A DNA stretch of 63,505 bases, the filler included, from Folioceros fuciformis (lineage: Eukaryota): assembly GCA_049999805.1 (NCBI GenBank). It is 8 parts of 8 records of this genome, joined end to end, with 100 filler letters (N's around TTAATTAATTAA, not from the genome) between each part and the next. Parts side by side here need not be neighbours in the genome. Positions count along the whole stretch, not along the records: positions 21,110 to 28,662 come from JBNGIO010005332.1; positions 28,763 to 35,002 come from JBNGIO010005334.1; positions 35,103 to 41,622 come from JBNGIO010005335.1; 5 more parts are not named here. One strand, 5' to 3'. Position 1 is the first letter of the stretch, and every line of letters begins with the position of its first letter. Under the pieces are notes generated by a model. It was not told where the DNA came from, ran no database searches, and worked only from the letters and a program-made list of their open reading frames with translations. A program made the position numbers and the translations under genes. Below are positions 24,663 through 35,821 of the stretch, in pieces.

Positions 24663-25679
24663 GAGGGGTTGTGTCCCTTGGACACCACTGGGTACCCTTA
24701 TCAAAATTGACCAACCTCTCAAGACTACCAAAATTGTTGGTACCTCTCAACACTCTCCCCCTTCTCTCAAATCATTCCATCCCTTTCCTTCAGAGCATCC
24801 TGCAACCCTTTAGAGCCTCTACCTCTTCAGGTTCGTTTAGCCCCCACGCTGCTGGTCTGGTGCCCTTGAAGGGCAACCTTGTAAACCTGGCACTCCACCA
24901 TTTGGCTCCTCGCTTGCGAGCAGCACGTCTGTATTCAGACCTTCTGTCTGCGAGCAGCCAGACATGCTGCTCGTAGATGGACAGCCAAATGTTAGTTATG
25001 TCCTCTGGTTGATCACACTCCAATATCTGGATAGGGCCATTTGCCAGTCCCTCGGCTTTGTCCGCATGCATTCTTTTGGCAGCCTGCGCCTCTAACCCTT
25101 GTCCAGGCCACTATAACTCCCTTGAACTGAAATGGATCCCAAGACTGGCTGCAACCTTACTGAGCAATTGTCCAGTTCCTTTGACCTTCTCGTCAGGGTT
25201 CAAGCCAGAGTGTAGCAACTCATCAGCATACCATACCCGTAATTCGCACCTTTGGAGATCCTCCATGATGTTTAGCAAGAGCCTGTGGCAAGCCAGGCTA
25301 CTTCGGGAGGGATGCGCCACCAGCTGCCCATTGCTCACGCTCATGGCTTCGATCCTCCTCAACCTCCTCACAAGCATCCGTCCGCTCAACATCATCCCCG
25401 GAGCTTTACGGAGCCCACATTGTTTTCACCCTCGTCAAATAGGAGGACTTCCACAGCAAGCTACTACTGGAAAATGGGTGGCATAGAAAAGGAGTCAGAC
25501 AAGTCCCCTTACAGTCTTTCACCAGCTGAGGCCGTCGCTCCGTCGTGTAGAAGGCTGGTGCAGGACAGTCTGGATACAAGACATGCAAAGGACACCCCCG
25601 GTCTAGTTATCATGCTTCTTCAAGATCTTCACCACTATCGACCCATGCTCGAGACTCAACCCCTCCTGCTTTGCACCGG

Positions 25680-25858
25680 CCCAGCTTTGACCGCCCGAAA
25701 TCCGCAACCTTAGCATTCCGCTTTCCATCCAGCCGAATGTTGTTAGCCTTGATGGCTCTATGGAAAATCGGCTGGCTTGCCTCGTGGTGCAGGTACGCAA
25801 TCCCCAGTGTACCCCCCAACGCAATTCGCACACACATCGAAAGATCCAGCTTTGACAT
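25680..25858 (-). pseudogene. Captured receptor-like kinase fragment (subdomains VI-VII)
   Basis: [49 protein letters not shown] matches the RLK/Pelle pattern LAYLH..PIFHRDIKASNILLD..AKVADFGLS; catalytic HRD is HRA. Confidence 0.88.
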
Positions 25859-28189
25859 CCCGCCATGCCCGAATCAGTCCGGACCGCTACTCTAGGCCAC
25901 CGCGAGTAGCAGGAGTCTCCGCGCTGCTGCCCACCGCCTGCAGCCGATCCGGCCAACACCTGCTATACGCCCTGCCGGGCCNNNNNNNNNNNNNNNNNNN
26001 NNNNNNNNNNNNNNNNNNNNNNNNNNNNNNNNNNNNNNNNNNNNNNNNNNNNNNNNNNNNNNNNNNNNNNNNNNNNNNNNNACTTGGTGACCCAACCCCC
26101 AGCAGGAACACCCTGCCTGATCTGCTCCTACCTGGCTATCTGGCTAGAGGCCCCTAGCTGGCCTTCCATCCGGATCCAATCTGACTAGCCGCCAACTGTA
26201 GCCGACTGCCTGCCTTCGGGATCCGACTTTGGCCGGCCTGTTGGGTCCTCCAGCCTTCGGCCTTACCTGATCTATTGGTCGCCCGCCGGCTCGTAGGTCG
26301 CTTTGCTATTGCTCACAGCCGGCCTTTGCAAGCCAGCCGCTATTTGGCCGATCAGCCATGCCACCTGCCTGGCACAGCCGACCCGCCTCTAGCCTGCCAT
26401 CCATCCAGATCCGTCCCAAGTCGCTCAGGCTGCCCACCTGCTCGGCCTGCCTTGCCTGCCAATTGGCCATAGCCCAGCCATTCGGCCTGGATCTCCCCCG
26501 GCCACCAGTCGACAGGCGGCGGCAGCCTGCTGCTGGATGTTGGGCCGGCTAGCTGCTTGTTCCCTGCCTTGGCGACCCGCACACCCAGGTCCACCCCGAC
26601 TAGCCCGACCAGCTGCCTCCCTTGGATCTGGCGCCACCCCTAGATTCGGATGTCGCGTCGCCGCCAGCCCTGATCCAGCCGGGCCACCTGATACATCCAA
26701 CCCCCGGCTGGCTTGCTGGATCCACATTGGCCAGCCGCTGGCAGCTGAGCCACTGCTGGTCCAGTTGCCCGTCTACAACCGTACCCATCTGGCTGGCTCT
26801 ACATGCATGGCTGGCTGAACTCGCGCCGCCCTGCCTCCAGCTGTATTCAGCCAGCCAGCCCTGTCCTCAGCCCAGGTCCGGCCAGTCGATCATAGGATCG
26901 TTGCTACTCAGCCCACTGCAGCCCGGCGGCTTCTCCACAGCAGCCGCTGAATCGGCACCTGCTGCCTGGCCGGATCGGACCGCCTCCTGGATTTGGCAGC
27001 CTTGGCCGGCTCCTAACCGATCTGCTAATCTGCGGCCCACCGTGAATCACCCTGGCCGGCCCTCTGACTTCCGCGGGCTTCAGCCGGAATCCAACTTGCT
27101 AGCTCCGAACCTGGCCTCCTGGCGGGTTGGATCTGCTAGCCACCAGCTGCCACCAGTCGCTTATCCAGCCAGGCCGATTGAAGCCCCTAGCCAGCCATCT
27201 TGACGGACGCGATCCAGGCCAGCCGGCCATGACTGCCTAAACCCTGCGTCACCTGACTGCTGCCACCAGGCTGCCCCCCTTGCACCTACTACTAGCCGAT
27301 CACTGGACTCCAATCCGGCTGTTTGGTTCCTGCTGGCCAGTCGGCCCCCTTCCGGATCTAGCGCACCCACAGTCTTAGCCCCGTCCTGCGTGGCTGCCTT
27401 CTTTCAGGGCCTCGGCCCCAGGCACCTTTATCTCCATCTCCGTTCCTAGCTTCCACCAGAACTCTCCCAGGAAACCCCGACTCACCGCCCCATGACCAGT
27501 TCTAGGATTCCCTATTCGTCTGGTCATCCTATCCTGAGGAACCGGGCCTGTGTCCTACCTACCACACACCCTATCTAGACCCTATCGACTCACCGTTAAC
27601 CTAACCTCTAATCTAACCTAATCTCCTAACCACTCCTCTACGAAATTCAATCGGAAACCCAAAAAAAACAAACTCTGCCATTTTCCAGGGATCAGTTCAT
27701 CATGTGGACTCCACAAATTGGCAGGCGACTTCAAGTTAGTTTACTAATGACTAGTAAGTGGTAGTGTTAGAATAGGGTCACAACCTTAACCCTAATTGTG
27801 TACTACGTCATTAGATAAGCTGGTAAACTTAATATCGGTTAGATACCTAGAGACACAACGTATTTCAACTATAAAGCAGTTTTAGGTTAAACGACACATT
27901 AACAATTTTGTATGTTCGAGTTTACGTTTTATTATTCAAGCAATGTTTCTGCCATTGATTTGTATTAAACATTAAACATTGAATAGTTGTTGATAAGTTT
28001 GCAATCGAATTCTACATGAAATTCCACTTCTGAAGAATGGAAGAGAATTCAAGGGGCGCATGCAATCCATGAATTCTCCCCCTCCACATTTTCTTCCACT
28101 CATCTTTGACCCTTTCATGCCACTCATTTATATTGTATGTTCCTATATTCTGCAGCTTTAATGTGGCATCCTCTCAAACAATTTCCTTG

Positions 28190-28662
28190 CCTACCATCTG
28201 AGCAATCTCACAACCTCAGTTGGGCTCCTTCACACAACAAGAACTCACATGGATGCCTGAGCAGCAAAGATATGGTAGTCGTTGTAGGAATGTGCAAGTC
28301 GCTTTCATTCCTTTTGAGAGAGTTGCTGATTTTGTGAAAGGGGACGAAACCTTGGAAGGTTTTCCAATAAATTTGTGCAAATTCAACATCACACTCTTCA
28401 CACTCTTGTGAACAAAGCAACTCTATTTTGCCATGCCTCCCTTTTGGGAGCGCCGAGGCTAGAAGTGGATTACGAAAGGAGAAATTCTATGTCAACAAAC
28501 AACAAAGTGAAGTTGCAACGGCAAGTAGAGGTCTATTTCAAGTGCGGCTACAAGAGGAGGTAGCAACTTCCAGGTTAGACAAAGATGCAGCAGCCTACAC
28601 CACAATTTCAAACAAAGACGGAGTAGCCTATAGCAACCGACATTGCAATTTGAAGTCGAGAA
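28190..28662 (+). pseudogene. MULE-derived SWIM zinc-finger protein N-terminal fragment
   Basis: FTQQELTW...VAFIPFERVADFVKGDE resembles the plant SWIM/MULE motif ALIPxxRVxDFVxGE; frameshifted and cut by the linker. Confidence 0.55.
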
Positions 28663-28774
28663 NNNNNNNNNNNNNNNNNNNNNNNNNNNNNNNNNNNNNN
28701 NNNNNNTTAATTAATTAANNNNNNNNNNNNNNNNNNNNNNNNNNNNNNNNNNNNNNNNNNNNGAACCAAAGATA

Positions 28775-29020
28775 CACATTCGCGAACTTATATTCAACTG
28801 AAGTCCTTGGCCTTCGACATTTCACATTGATCCAAACTCGTGACCTTANNNNNNNNNNACTCGTGACCTTATACACATTTGTAGTCCTTGGCCTTCGACA
28901 TTTCAAATTGATCCAAACTCGTGACCTTATACACCTTTGTAGTCCTTGGCCTTCGACATTTCAAATTGATACAAACTCGGGACCTTCTACACATTAGTAG
29001 TCCTTGGCCATCGACGATCA
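28775..29020. repeat. 58-bp tandem repeat (GTCCTTGGCCTTCGACATTTCAAATTGATCCAAACTCGTGACCTTATACAC...)
   Basis: Units at 28884, 28942 and 29000 (period 58), also 28803; diverged copies near 29283 and 29403. Confidence 0.9.
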
Positions 29021-30075
29021 TCTTAGATATGACCGTGGGAACTTAGGGTCCATTGTACCCATAGGCCACCCACCAAGTTCATTATTCCTATACTGTGAAC
29101 TGAAAGGAAATTGTTGTCTTTGGCAGTCAACATTTTGCAGTGCTCTGAACTCCTGAACATGTTCACGTGTGCACTCGTTGGTCATCTTTATTGTTCTCGG
29201 CTTTAGAACTTGTGTGACCCTACAGGCTAAAGCCTTTCAAAGCTTCTAATTCATCCAAACTTGCGACCTTATAGACGATTGCAGTCCTTGGCCACCGACG
29301 TTTACGGTTCATATGACCTCGCATCATTGTACTCCGCTAATGTGCACAATGGCATTTGCCCCCTTTTCATGGTCCTCTCTCGGGCACTTATAGTACTTGG
29401 TAGTCCTTGGCCATTGACGATTCTGATTGATCGAACATCGCGTCCATCCAATCCTTTGTAGACATGGGCCTTCGCCCATTGTCGGGTTCCCAAGTCTCAC
29501 CCAACGCTATCACATGCACGTGTACACTTTGAATCACATGGAATACTGTCCTGTTAAGGCCTACGGTGTGACTTCCACCCAAAGTTGTAGAAAACCAGGC
29601 AAGCGTTGGAGCAAGCTGGCAAGGCGTTGGTGTCATACTTTGTTCCATTGACATAATTCGGGAACAAAAAGGGTTTGTCTCCAACGTCATAATTAGTGTG
29701 TAGGCCACAAGTAATGTTCACTCTAGGTGGTTGTAGTACGATTCATAGCCTGATGCCCTGCAGATGGGCCATCATGGGCTGAGGCAAGGAAGACCCGGCA
29801 GATATCGGTACCTGTGGGATGAAGAGTCGATGGCGAAACCATAGCTGGCCATCCCCCTCAATTCTATCAGCGTTTACAACTCCAACGGCCTGAAGGGCAC
29901 ATCTGTCATCCGCATCCTGGACAAGAGCCTCGGGTTATCCATCCCGCCAGTCGAATGGAATACGTAACTTCGAGAGTGCGATCGTTTGCACCACACTTAA
30001 CGCATCAGCAATATGGTTACGATGGCCTTTGACGTAACAGATCTTGTATTGGTATTGCTAGAGCAACTCAACCCA

Positions 30076-30450
30076 TCAGGCTCCTTGCATGAGATAGTCG
30101 TCATCTAATGGAGATAAATACGAGGGCAGTGGTATGTCTCCAATTCGAAAGGGGCACCCCTCTAACAGTGAACGCCATGGCTTGACTGTCAAGATTTGAG
30201 CGAAAGACTCCTTCTCACTTGTTCTGTAGATGAACTTGGCTCCCATCAACCTCCGCGAGAAGATAGCAATAGTCTGCCGGCCTGGGTCTCCAGTTCTGTT
30301 GCAAGACCGCACCAACGACCAACTTGGAGACATGGGTTGTTATAATAACAGGCACCGTTTGGTTTGGGTGTGCTAACATAGGGGCTTTCCTCAAAGCAGT
30401 CTAGCTATCACGAACTTGGTTGTCTTTAATAGCAACTCAAGTCTAAACCT
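30076..30450 (-). pseudogene. Ty3/gypsy pol relic (RT connection/RNase H)
   Basis: TALRKAPMLAHPN...THVSKLVVGAVLQQ, then (frameshift) IAIFSRRLMGAKFIYRTSEKE...KPWRSLLEGCPF; the relic probably extends to ~29500-30960. Confidence 0.7.
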
Positions 30451-31252
30451 AGCGGGTTGGTTGCCCAAGTGCACGCCTCTCCTCCCCATACATTTGTTTG
30501 CATACATAGCCTCTACGCGTCCCCTGTGGGTTGTACACGACTTTGAGGTCGAAAACCAAACCGAACATTTGGCAAAAGCATGGTCAAACGGAGTGTGTGC
30601 AGAGTTACGACCATGTTTCAGGTGTTTAGGCTGGAACACAGGCAGCCTTCGGGTTCAAATCCCAAACACCACCTGTAACCATGGGTGGGTGCGCGCCTGT
30701 GCTTGGGCAAGGTTTGCTTGCAAAGTGCACGCATGTCCGGTTTGGTTGTGGCTCTCAAACTTCCGTACGTGCGAAACTGGACGCGTAATCCATGTGTTCC
30801 ACTTAAAGTGAGGGGACGCGTTCCCTTTGTGATGCCTTACTCATGCATTCAGGGACTCCACTTCAGAGTCAGTGTTGTCACATTCCATGTTTGTTCAAGC
30901 TGTGTCCCAAAGTCTGTACAAGTCATGGCAATGACGGTGCCTCTTCTCCAAGCCTAGTTCGTACATCATGCATCCCCTCTGTATAAGAATACGTAGTATT
31001 TAAGTAGTCAAAGACATATAATAATTAAATAATTATAGACAATAGCCGAAACGCCATAAGGCGTGAGGCTTGTAAAGGTCACGACTAACAATCGTGACCT
31101 AAAGACTAACCGCCGTACCCCCGCGATGGGACACGGCCAACCGCCACCGTCTCCTTCCTTCAAAACGATCGCGTGCGCAACATAAATTAATCTTTCGTGA
31201 TTCTATCTTTTCTAAGCAATCAATCCTACCATCTCTTCATGGTATCAGAGCC

Positions 31253-31429
31253 ATGGACGCTGCCATGTCTGCTAATCACTGTCCAATTTGTCTGAGTGGA
31301 GATTGTATCAAAAGTCTGGAGTTCGACCATTTCCGAATTCTTGTATCTGCACTCAAATTGGCATTGATTAGGTTTGGTAGCATGGCAGATAGGTTCCTAG
31401 CAGAAATTGTAGATCACTATTTCTCCTAG
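31253..31429 (+). CDS. 58-aa upstream ORF directly after the Copia-D PBS
   Basis: MDAAMSANHCPICLSGDCIKSLEF...HYFS*; ATG abuts the PBS and the stop lies 8 nt before the ORF0 ATG. Confidence 0.4.
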   Translation: MDAAMSANHCPICLSGDCIKSLEFDHFRILVSALKLALIRFGSMADRFLAEIVDHYFS

Positions 31430-31437
31430 AAACTACC

Positions 31438-32070
31438 ATGCCGAGAGCAAGAGGGCAGCGGAAGTCAAACCTGTTGGTAGATCGCTTCGCTGTTCAAAAT
31501 AGTCGGTTTGCACACGAACAGAATCAAAACTTGAACCATTTTCTATCGCACATTGTACTACCTGCTGTTTCCCCAACAAATTTACGGAACCAGCAGGCAT
31601 CTTGTGCATTTTCTAGGCATCAGGCGAATAGGCACCTTAGTGGTGCTCATTCCGACTATCTCACAAATTTGAAAACAAACGCTAGAAGGAAAACTGAGTA
31701 CTTGCACACAAATTCACAACAACGTTCTAGGCAACTAGAAAATAGACCACTGTGTGATAACTGCACAAGTAGTCTAGCCGTGCCAAGTCCTGCAGACCAC
31801 CTTCTAGCAGAAGTCCATAATCTTATAACATGTCAAGCCGAAACAAATCGACACCAATTTGCTGACATTGATGAGAGAATTAAGGACAATAGCAGATCTC
31901 TTGTTCTGCTGTCTCAACAGATAGCTGTACTATCCATCTCCTTTCGAAAACCTGCACCACAATCAGAGAAAGAGATTGCATTAATCAATCAGGTGCATGC
32001 AATGAAGGATATGTTCAGTAACAAGGCAGAACTTAACAATGGATCTGTAGCTGTCCCACCAAATGTCTAG
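31438..32070 (+). CDS. Copia-D accessory ORF0, 210 aa
   Basis: ACCATG context, MPRARGQRK start, heptad-like C-terminal half; positional homolog of the other ORF0s. Confidence 0.65.
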   Translation: MPRARGQRKSNLLVDRFAVQNSRFAHEQNQNLNHFLSHIVLPAVSPTNLRNQQASCAFSRHQANRHLSGAHSDYLTNLKTNARRKTEYLHTNSQQRSRQLENRPLCDNCTSSLAVPSPADHLLAEVHNLITCQAETNRHQFADIDERIKDNSRSLVLLSQQIAVLSISFRKPAPQSEKEIALINQVHAMKDMFSNKAELNNGSVAVPPNV

Positions 32071-32105
32071 CCTGCTGTGTGGATGTCACATAGAGGCAAA
32101 GAAGA

Positions 32106-35002
32106 GTGAACCCATCAGGAAGAGGCATACCTCATAGTAGAGGCCAAGCATCTGACAGTGCATCAGATTCGTTCGATCCTCTATCTCTTGGTACCTCTTC
32201 ATCTCGGTCAAACACATCTTCCTCTTCAAGGCCAGTGCCTAGTGCTCAGTCTAGCACAAGTGCTGCATCACAATTACAAGCATTTAGACAAGGACTTGCT
32301 TTGCAATTAGCAACACGCTTAATTCAAACAATGGCGGCAGCTGCACCTGCTGGGACAATAAATAACACCACGGTGCATAATCTAAAAATAGATTTCAAAG
32401 AGAAGGATAGGTTTTCGGGTTCCCAGTTTGACATATGGGCCCTGCGAGTGAAAACCATCCTCAGAGAGCACGATTTGTGGGATGTCGTCACTGGAACCTC
32501 TCCCAAACCAGCCCAAGGGTTAGCCCAGGCTGATATTGATGCATGGAACAAGAAGGACCTGCGAGAATTGGGAGTAATTCAGGCGGCATTAGATGGCACT
32601 ATGATAGATTACACACGCGATGTTGCATCAACAAAAGAGGCTTGGGATGCACTTACTCAAGCTTTCCAGGTCGTCAATGGTAACTGCAACCAGGTCCTTC
32701 TACACAAACAAGATGAAGGAGACAGATTCTATTGAGGCTCACGTCAGCAAGTTCCGACTTCTGCGCTCAAAACTAGCAACCAGCGGCTCAACACTAACTG
32801 AAATTCAGGCTTCAACAACTCTGTTGCTCACTCTCCCGGAGAGTTATAGGACCTTTGTGAGAAATTACAGCTCAAATCTCCGCAATATACAGCTTGCTAC
32901 CCCTCAGGGTCAGAACCCGGCTGTGCATTTAAGTGACCTGGTTGGTGCTCTTCTCGAGGAAGAGGCAACACGGACTGCTATCAGAGGTGGCACCTCCCAC
33001 AGAGGGGAGACCTCAAACAGGGCGCTCTTCACGCAAAGAGGCCCTCGTAGGCCACCACCTCGGCAGCCATGGTCAAACAGCAATGCATCTCAGGGTAAGA
33101 AACGTCCAGGGGCACAAACAACAAGGAAGAAGGGTTCTTGTAACTGGTGTTTGATACCAGGTCACTACGAGGCAGACTGTCGGAAGAAAAAGGCCAATGA
33201 GCCTAGACGGATTGCACCTCCAGCAGAAAGCAATCTTGTTCAAAAGAAAAATACTATACTTGCAGTATTCATGGTTGCAACAACCCAAGTGAATGATGTA
33301 TGGTACCTTGATTCATGTGCGTCAGCGCACATATGTCATAATAGGAGGTCATTTTTACATTATACTCCAATGCCACCTGGTTAGCAGGTGCTGTTAGGTG
33401 ACGACAGAGGTCTCAATATAGAGGGAGTAGGCACAGTGCCAGTCCTCCTCACTAATAGAAGTACCATCAATCTAATGGATGTGTTACACGTCTCTGCGAT
33501 GGTCAAGAACTTGGTGTCAGTCAGCAAGTTTCAACAACAACATGGCTTAGCTATTTCGTTCATAGGTCTGGACTGTTATCTTACTGACCCCCAATACAAG
33601 GATAGAATCTTGGGTACGGGCAAACCTGTCAATGACCTGTACGCACTTGATTTCACTTCCAAGTTTGGGCTGCCTGCACCTACAGTTCAGGTCAGTCAAG
33701 CACAAGTGAAGAAGCAGCAGTCTATACTATGGCATTACAGACTGGCACATGCTAACTTTGATAAAATGCAAGCCATGATTACCGATAATACTCTCTACAG
33801 AGAGAAGTTTCTGCTTAAGTTTGTAGACAAACAATTCTGTGAGGCGTGTGCTTTTGGCAAGCACCAACTTTTACCATACCGAGATACCAATCCAACACGT
33901 GCTACAAAGTTGCTTGAGTTGGTACATTCAGACTTGTGTGGACCTATGTCCATTGCTTCCCTTGGCAGAGCTAAGTACATACTCTCTTTCGTGGATGATT
34001 GGAGCCGCTATACCATCATCTACTTTATCAAACACAAGAGCCAGACGTTAGGCTGTTTCCAAGAGTATGTAACTTTTGCACAACGACAAACTGGAGAACT
34101 TGTTAAAACTCTGCGCAGCGATGGAGGAGGAGAGTACTGCTCTGAGGAGTTTACTGACTACTGTCGCTCCCTTGGCATCGCTCGCCAGATTACCACACCT
34201 TACACTTCAGCGCAGAATCCCATAGCTGAGCTTAACAACAAGCATCTCCAGCAAGCGGCGAAGTCCATGCTGAAGGTCTCCCGCTTGTCTAGGGGGTAAT
34301 GGGCAGAAGCTGTTGCGACAGCCAACTATGTGAAGATGCGCCTGCCAACCAAAGCTTTTCCAGGTGCCACCCCATATGAGCGGTGGACATCACACAAGCC
34401 ACGAATTAATCACCTACGTATTTTCGGTGCTTTAGCCTATGCACATTTGGCTGAGGACCAGTGGGTGACGCTGGATTATAAAGCACGCAAATATGTTTTC
34501 GTGGGCTACACTGAAGGTATAAAAGGCTACAAGCTCTATGATCTTGATACTAGAACAACAACGCATTCTAGAAGTGTTCTTTTCAATGAACATGCACTGC
34601 TAGAACCTCCTCAATTAGCTCCTTTGAGCACACAGGCTTCAAGCAGTCATTCAGAGGACATAGAGATAGAAGACCAAACCATTGAGATGTCTATTTCGAG
34701 TCAGACTCCAGCTCAGGTTCCTGCACCCCATGTGCAGCAGTCTAGACCCTCTGTTACATCACATCAGCCTGCCATTAGTCATCAAACTCCACTAGATGAT
34801 CAAGTCGAGGAAACTAGCTACTTCCCTGATGATGATGAGTCCAGTCGAGTCTCACATGACATGGGTATGGCCAACAATGATGATGATGCTTCTAATGAAC
34901 AAGAAGTCGATGACGGGTTAGCATAGTCAGCAGAATCTGAAATCCCTCAACATACGGAGGTCTTTGTACCTGAGGAGCCTGTCAGACGAAGTACCAGGAG
35001 AC
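32106..35002 (+). pseudogene. Copia-D gag-PR-IN pseudogene
   Basis: Fragments 32106-32735, 32620-33384, 33388-34299 and 34330-34926 with copia motifs. Confidence 0.9.
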
Positions 35003-35102
35003 NNNNNNNNNNNNNNNNNNNNNNNNNNNNNNNNNNNNNNNNNNNNTTAATTAATTAANNNNNNNNNNNNNNNNNNNNNNNNNNNNNNNNNNNNNNNNNN
35101 NN

Positions 35103-35143
35103 CAACCAAAACAAACTACTACCCCAAACTTTGGAGGTTCACA
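35103..35143 (-). repeat. TGTGAACC-family LTR terminus (copy 3), abutting the Copia-E 3' region
   Basis: Identical to 7196-7236. Confidence 0.8.
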
Positions 35144-35240
35144 CTTGGCGCTTAGCAGAAGCAAGACTTCAATAGATCAGTAGGGGCTTTTCTTCCAATC
35201 ACGGTAGTGCGCTACCATCGTCACCACTCTCTCCTACAGG

Positions 35241-35627
35241 ATGGCCTGCAGCAGCTTTGACTCCTTGGAGATGGGCAGCAGCAGCATCAAGCATCTGAGA
35301 AATCCGCCACCTGAACAACTTCCTACTCCGTCATCTCCCTCTGTAACTGGGAAGTCATGGTGGCCAAACAAGGTTGATATGGAGCTGCTGTGGCATTGTA
35401 TCAAGGCGCTCGAGATGTGCAACAAATTGGAAGACCTCATCTCATTTGCAAAGAAGAAAGCATGGGAACCGAAGGCGCTACTGGCTAAGACAATTGCCGA
35501 GGATGAACTGTCGCAACCCTTAACACCTGCAGAGTACAGTACAGTGATGCGGGAGCTTGAAGAGCTTGGCTACATCCTTCGCTCAGCATCAAGTGAGAGG
35601 CAAACCTATCACCTTACAACACTCTAG
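35241..35627 (+). CDS. Antisense 3' accessory ORF of Copia-E, 128 aa
   Basis: ATG ORF with amphipathic-helix composition (..LTPAEYSTVMRELEELGYIL..); stop 3 nt from the 3' hairpin. Confidence 0.5.
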   Translation: MACSSFDSLEMGSSSIKHLRNPPPEQLPTPSSPSVTGKSWWPNKVDMELLWHCIKALEMCNKLEDLISFAKKKAWEPKALLAKTIAEDELSQPLTPAEYSTVMRELEELGYILRSASSERQTYHLTTL

Positions 35628-35821
35628 CATGTGATGCACTCACAACTGGATTCTGAACTTAGGCTTCATCCACTGAGGGCACCACAACGTTGACTTGCTA
35701 TGAAAAGGAGACAGTGAGAGCAAGCTCTGTATTTCGTGTGGATAGCTGGACCAAGTATGGATTATTGAAAACTGGACAAGCTAACTTGCAAACTGTCTCC
35801 ATGAGGACTAAACTAGGTAGG

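Larger units (their letters stand above)
23722..27715 (-). mobile_element. ~4.0 kb solo LTR (probably Ty3/gypsy) with 5-bp TSD
   Basis: Termini TGTGGAGT...ACTCCACA (8-bp inverted, TG...CA); AATTG duplicated at 23717-23721 and 27716-27720; TATAAAA on the minus strand near 24481-24487; no internal LTR pair or pol. Confidence 0.8.
21110..28016 (+). mobile_element. 3' part of Ty1/copia element Copia-C, degenerate, interrupted by a solo LTR
   Basis: RT 21335-22167 (YVDD); RNase H 22290-22790 (YCDADW, TEAE, CDNQ); long 3' region; degraded PPT TAAGTGGTAG then TGTTAGAATA at 27765; probable LTR end TTCTACA 28016. Confidence 0.7.
30980..35002 (+). mobile_element. Ty1/copia element Copia-D, 5' half, degenerate, inserted in the gypsy relic
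   Basis: LTR ~30980-31239 (TG...CA); PBS TGGTATCAGAGCC 31240-31252; CNWCLIPGHYEADC, WYLDSCA, HSDLCG/RSDGGGE; cut by the linker. Confidence 0.92.

Noticed and set aside
26100-27400. Many overlapping ORFs in the solo LTR
   Set aside because: GC-rich low-complexity DNA is depleted in stops; no recognisable domain.
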